Source: Schmidtea nova (taxonomy: Eukaryota). From it: a DNA stretch of 64,000 nucleotides. Location of the stretch: positions 377,456,001 to 377,520,000 of the forward strand of contig CM097882.1 of the NCBI GenBank assembly GCA_044892505.1, given 5' to 3'. The translations under genes and the position numbers were made by a program. How positions within the stretch are numbered: the stretch's first letter is position 1; every line of letters starts with the position of its first letter. Under the pieces are notes generated by a model. It was not told where the DNA came from and ran no database searches. It saw nothing but the letters and a program-made list of their open reading frames with translations. Below are positions 59,537 to 64,000 of this stretch, piece by piece.

Positions 59537-61466
59537 ATTATGATTGGAATCATAAATAGTATTTTAGACGAGATTTAAATCGAAAAAATCGGAAAAAATC
59601 GAGAAATTTCAAACAGAATCACCGCGAAAATGATAAAATTAAAAACCAAAACGCGATTTTTAAGCCCCAGGAGCAGTCAATGATCGAAAACGAAAATAAA
59701 TAGCGACTACAGAGCGTAGAACAGGGGTCTGCAATACAAACAAACGGCAAATATAACATAAGATAAAAAGTTGAGCCGGAATGGGTTAAAAGTGTAGGAA
59801 AATCACGGGTAAAAGAGTCAAAAGATCAAACCGCGACTAATGAGTCCCACGAACAACCAAAAATCGTAAAATTGTTCAAATAACGTCCATAAAGCGTAGA
59901 AAGTGGGTACGCAGCACCGTCAAGTGGAAAATACCTCGAAAGATAGAATATGACACCGGAATCCGCAAAAAGTGTAGAAAATCGCCGCTAAGAAATTTAA
60001 AAGATCGAAGAAATTACGGAATTTTGACCCAAGAAAGCAGTAACACCAAGTAATAATGATAGTATAGGTATCAGGATTATTATTATTGTCATTTTAACAG
60101 TAGAAACAGTAATTTGGTCAAATAATATAAAAATAAGACGGATTTATTATATTTTTATTATAATTATTACGTAATAATATATAAGAAAAATATTGGGTAA
60201 ATTGCCGCATAACGCGCATTATTATTATTATCATTATAATTGTTATTATTACTATTATTATTATCATTTTAGTTATTATTACTAGTAGTACTATAAGCAT
60301 CTTAGTATAATTATTATTATTACTATTATTATCATTATTATCATTAATATTATCATTATTACTGTTATTATCATGAGTGTTACTGTAGATGTCATTATTA
60401 TTACTAACGATATCAATGTTATGCTATTTGATTAAGAATGACCGAGGTATGACCCCTGTAATTTTATTTTGTTGGCAAGGAAGGACATGGAAAGTATCGG
60501 GTCTAAAAGAAATAACGGCGAAAATGGAGCAATGCGTGAATTGTTTGTTTTAATTAATATAATAATAAAAGTAGAGAATGAATGATATAGTCTGATGAGT
60601 TTGAAGTTTGAATGTTGAAAAAGATAGATTGTTGAAGTCAGAATGATGCATGGTGATATTGGAATGTTGATCGCGACTCAATTCGGGAATCGAAATCGGG
60701 AATAACTCTAAAATCTTACGAAATCATAAAATAATATTTAACAACGACTTAAAGACGAATATAATGATACAGAATCAAACAAGAAAACGTGAGACTTAAC
60801 GCAAATACGAAAATTTTGAGATGCACAAAATTAGGACCCTAGTAAAAGGAGATGTTATATGACCATAAGATATGGGATGGAGTTCACGCGAATCACTTAG
60901 AGAATAAATATTCGAATACGCAAAATTAGATTTCAGTAAGCGGAAAATTACCGAAAAATTGCGAGTACAGTAAATAAAAATATAATTATCTTAAAATTGA
61001 TAAAAAGTGTAAAAATCATGAAAAAATTGTGTAAATAAATGTTTAATTATTTTTATGTAGAAAATATTAGTATATTCAAAAAAAAAAATATAAAAATATA
61101 AGAAAAATCATAAAAATTATGTACATAATGGCTGATTATTTTAATATTTTATTCGAAAAATATCGAATATGGACGAATGGAGAAAATTATAAAAATATAA
61201 AAATATAAAAAATATAAAAATACAAAAATATATGTATAAAAATGGCTGAATATTCTGTTAGTTAAAAATATAAAAATATAAAAATATATGTATAAAAATG
61301 GCTGATTATTCTGTTAATAGTAGTTTTGAAAAAATACAAAAATATATAAAAAATTATAAAATTCGTGTACATAGCTGTTGAAGTTTTTATTATTTATTTT
61401 TCGTTCAAATTTTAATGAATGGTTAATTCAAAAAGTTATAAACACCAGTCATCATGAATATTTTAG

Positions 61467-61949
61467 ATGAAATCGATTGAGCATATTCTACTACGAATCG
61501 AGTTGTTTTTCGATTTTAAAAATGACCCATTGCAGGTGTTGAGCGAGAAACTCGAACGAGTAAATGGAATAAAAGATGAATTATTGTTGAATCCTAGACC
61601 ACAACCTGAGAACCTAATAGTGATTGCAGGAATGGTAGGAACAACAAACGGTGTCTCGTTAGAAACAATTTACGAATTACAACGATTGCGACTGAATAAT
61701 CCAAATTTTAATCTAAAAATACAAGAATGGATTGATAAAATCGATAAAATCATGGACAAGCTAGAGAAATCGATAAATCAACAGATCGATTCATTCGAAA
61801 GATGTTATATTTGTCGACAAAAAGAAGCGAACATTTTATTCATGCCATGTGGGCATTTGTGTTATTGCCAGCTGTGCTCTAGAGAAATAAAGAGGTGCGT
61901 AATCTGCAAACAGACAATTGATGACAAAATCATCGTATTTTGTTCGTAA
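61467..61949 (+). CDS. 160-aa helical/coiled-coil protein with a C-terminal IAP/XIAP-type C3HC4 RING finger (putative E3 ligase)
   Basis: CYIC...ILFMPCGHLCYCQLC...IKRCVICKQTIDDKIIVF. ATG directly after TTTTAG. No BIR domain seen. Confidence 0.85.
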   Translation: MKSIEHILLRIELFFDFKNDPLQVLSEKLERVNGIKDELLLNPRPQPENLIVIAGMVGTTNGVSLETIYELQRLRLNNPNFNLKIQEWIDKIDKIMDKLEKSINQQIDSFERCYICRQKEANILFMPCGHLCYCQLCSREIKRCVICKQTIDDKIIVFCS

Positions 61950-62949
61950 AGAATGTCATTCGAAATAAATGTTTTAGTCGTGTTGAACATCGTCGATCAT
62001 CCAGTACTCCAAATCGTCGTAAAAATTAAATAAACACAGAACACTAGGTAATTAATGATTGAGAGTCGTGTAAAAACATAACAAGTAACGGCTAATGCCG
62101 AAAAATCAAACATTAGGAAAATGGGAATTTGTGACAAAGTTATTTTCTTTTCTTTTTGAATTTTCTTTATTATTATAAATCCTCCTCATCATTATTATAT
62201 TGAACCGAATTTCATTATTATAAATCTTCCTTATTACCATTATTACATTGATTATCATTATTATACTAATCACATATATAGATATGTATTAGGACGAGCA
62301 ATAAGTAGTAAGAAATAAGTGTCTGAGTAGGAAACGAGAAAATAGTCCACAAATTCATAACTGAGCTATCAAAAGATAGTACGACAAATTTTAACAGAGC
62401 TATCAAAAGATAGTACGTCAATATTTTTGTTGTTAAAAATTAGCAGACAACAAACGGGGAAAAACTTGATCACCTTGAGGAAAGAGAGTAGAATAGGTAT
62501 ACCATCGCACTTTTTGGCGAAATTTCGTTTGTGACTGATCATCACAAATTGCGAAACGAGTTAACGCGATTATTTTACGATTTTGAATTAGGTGAAAGGG
62601 TAACCCGTAATGTTCATCTTATACACCAGTTTGCCAAGGCATGATTGGTACACTGAGGTAGAAGACAGTAACATGAGTAAGGAGAAAGTTGCTGAGAAAA
62701 TTAGATGCAGATTTTAGAAAGTCGAAAGAGTAAAAAGGCGAATTTCAATGATTATAGTAGATGATAGTATAATAAAAAAAGATTTTACCATGGTAATTAA
62801 GAAATGAATTCGTAATTGAGAAGTAGTAGAACAATTTGAGAAAAACAGTCAGCAACAGCGAATTTATTTAATTTGAGAATAGGGAAACGAGTGATTGAAT
62901 AGCAGAAAGAGAACAATTGAAGACGGCCGAGATAATTGAAAAACTTTGA

Positions 62950-63290
62950 GAGCTCAGTAAGAGACTTTGAGAGTCCATTGAGAGACTTTGATAGTCCATT
63001 GAGAGACTTTGAGAGTCCATTGAGAGACTTTGATAGTCCATTGAGAGACTTTGATAGTCCATTGAGAGACTTTGATAGTCCATTGAGAGACTTTGAGAGT
63101 CCATTAAGAGACTTTGATAGTCCATTGAGAGACTTTGATAGTCCATTGAGAGACTTTGATAGTCCATTGAGAGACTTTGAGAGTCCATTAAGAGACTTTG
63201 AGAGTCCAGATAATTGAGCGCTCGGGGAGAGACTTTGAGAGTCCAGATAATTGAGAAACTTTGAGAGTTCATGTATGTGAGAGACTTTGA
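62950..63290 (+). repeat. 21-bp (heptad) tandem repeat, ~13 copies plus degenerate flanks
   Basis: TTGAGAGACTTTGA(T/G)AGTCCA units. Confidence 0.95.
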
Positions 63291-64000
63291 GAGTCCAATG
63301 TTTGTGAATATTGTTGAGAAATTTAGGAAAAATGTTTGAGAAATAGAATTAAGTAAAACTGCAGTTATAATTTTGTCATGACAGAGAAAAACGTTGAACG
63401 CGAATACTCAAGGTGTAGTAATACAAACCGTTAATAAGAGCAGATAAAAGACATCGAAAAATACTTAGGAAATAAAATAATGGCCATGAATAGATAACGA
63501 ACAAGATATTTTTTTTCCTCGAATGCCGAGATGAGTATGATCATACTGTTGTTATAGTATTAGTATAGTTATTGTTATTGTTATTATTATTATTATTATT
63601 ATTATCAGGGTATAGATAATTGATACGACCATATAGATAATTATTACGAGATATAGATAATTTAAAATCTGAGCTCAGAGTAAAAGGGGGGTAAATGGCG
63701 TCGATGAAGAAGCGATATTTTTATTTAGATTGTCCAACAGATCAAAGCCAAGTCAAGAAACAGTCAAATCAATCAGTTATTGAAGAGGTATATATAGAAG
63801 AAAAGAAGAAAAAGAAGTCTAATTGAAAAGGAAAGAAGTAAAAGAAAATAAATCAAAGAAGATCCAATTGAAGATAAAAGAGAGATCAGCAATCGATATT
63901 AAACACCAATTGATAATATCACCAAACCAACAAAGTTCATAAAGTCGAAAGATAAAGAGTCAAATCTATTAAGAAACGACGAAAGGAAATTACAAAGAAA

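Noticed and set aside
60118-60420. Ile-rich ORF
   Set aside because: Low-complexity (ATT/ATC)n sequence.

Overview
AT-rich eukaryotic genomic DNA with three assembly gaps. The 44-48 nt host introns and the repeat content suggest a planarian-type flatworm (inference). The first 18 kb is a full-length Polinton/Maverick (polintovirus), 1344-18059, with AGTAGT termini, >1.1 kb TIRs and a perfect 6-bp TSD (ATCGTA), inserted into a small hAT MITE. It carries pPolB, cysteine protease, major and minor capsid proteins, a chromodomain rve-integrase, two core-like proteins and only the C-terminal remnant of the packaging ATPase. Three things about it are unusual: (i) a compact TATA-binding-protein (TBP)-like gene; (ii) host-sized, mostly phase-1 spliceosomal introns, including four upstream exons that splice in frame onto pPolB; (iii) TIRs built from about 20 RORE-type (WAWNTRGGTCA) nuclear-receptor-like sites each. 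Point lesions in pPolB and the integrase indicate a young but dead copy. Next come a decayed piggyBac (19632-22173), a compact decayed Gypsy element with 152-bp LTRs and a non-canonical PBS (22598-26391), MITEs and a MULE remnant. From about 28 to 64 kb lies a mosaic of nested solo LTRs and fragments, probably of large Gypsy-like elements. These share unannotated accessory ORF families (called X and Y here; one Y-like ORF is fused to an IAP-type RING) and a recurrent bipartite motif GCTCAC-N26-29-ACATTACCAACGT. The only clear host gene is a six-exon YIF1 (minus strand, 46928-50816). All alignments and counts were done by eye; no database searches were run.
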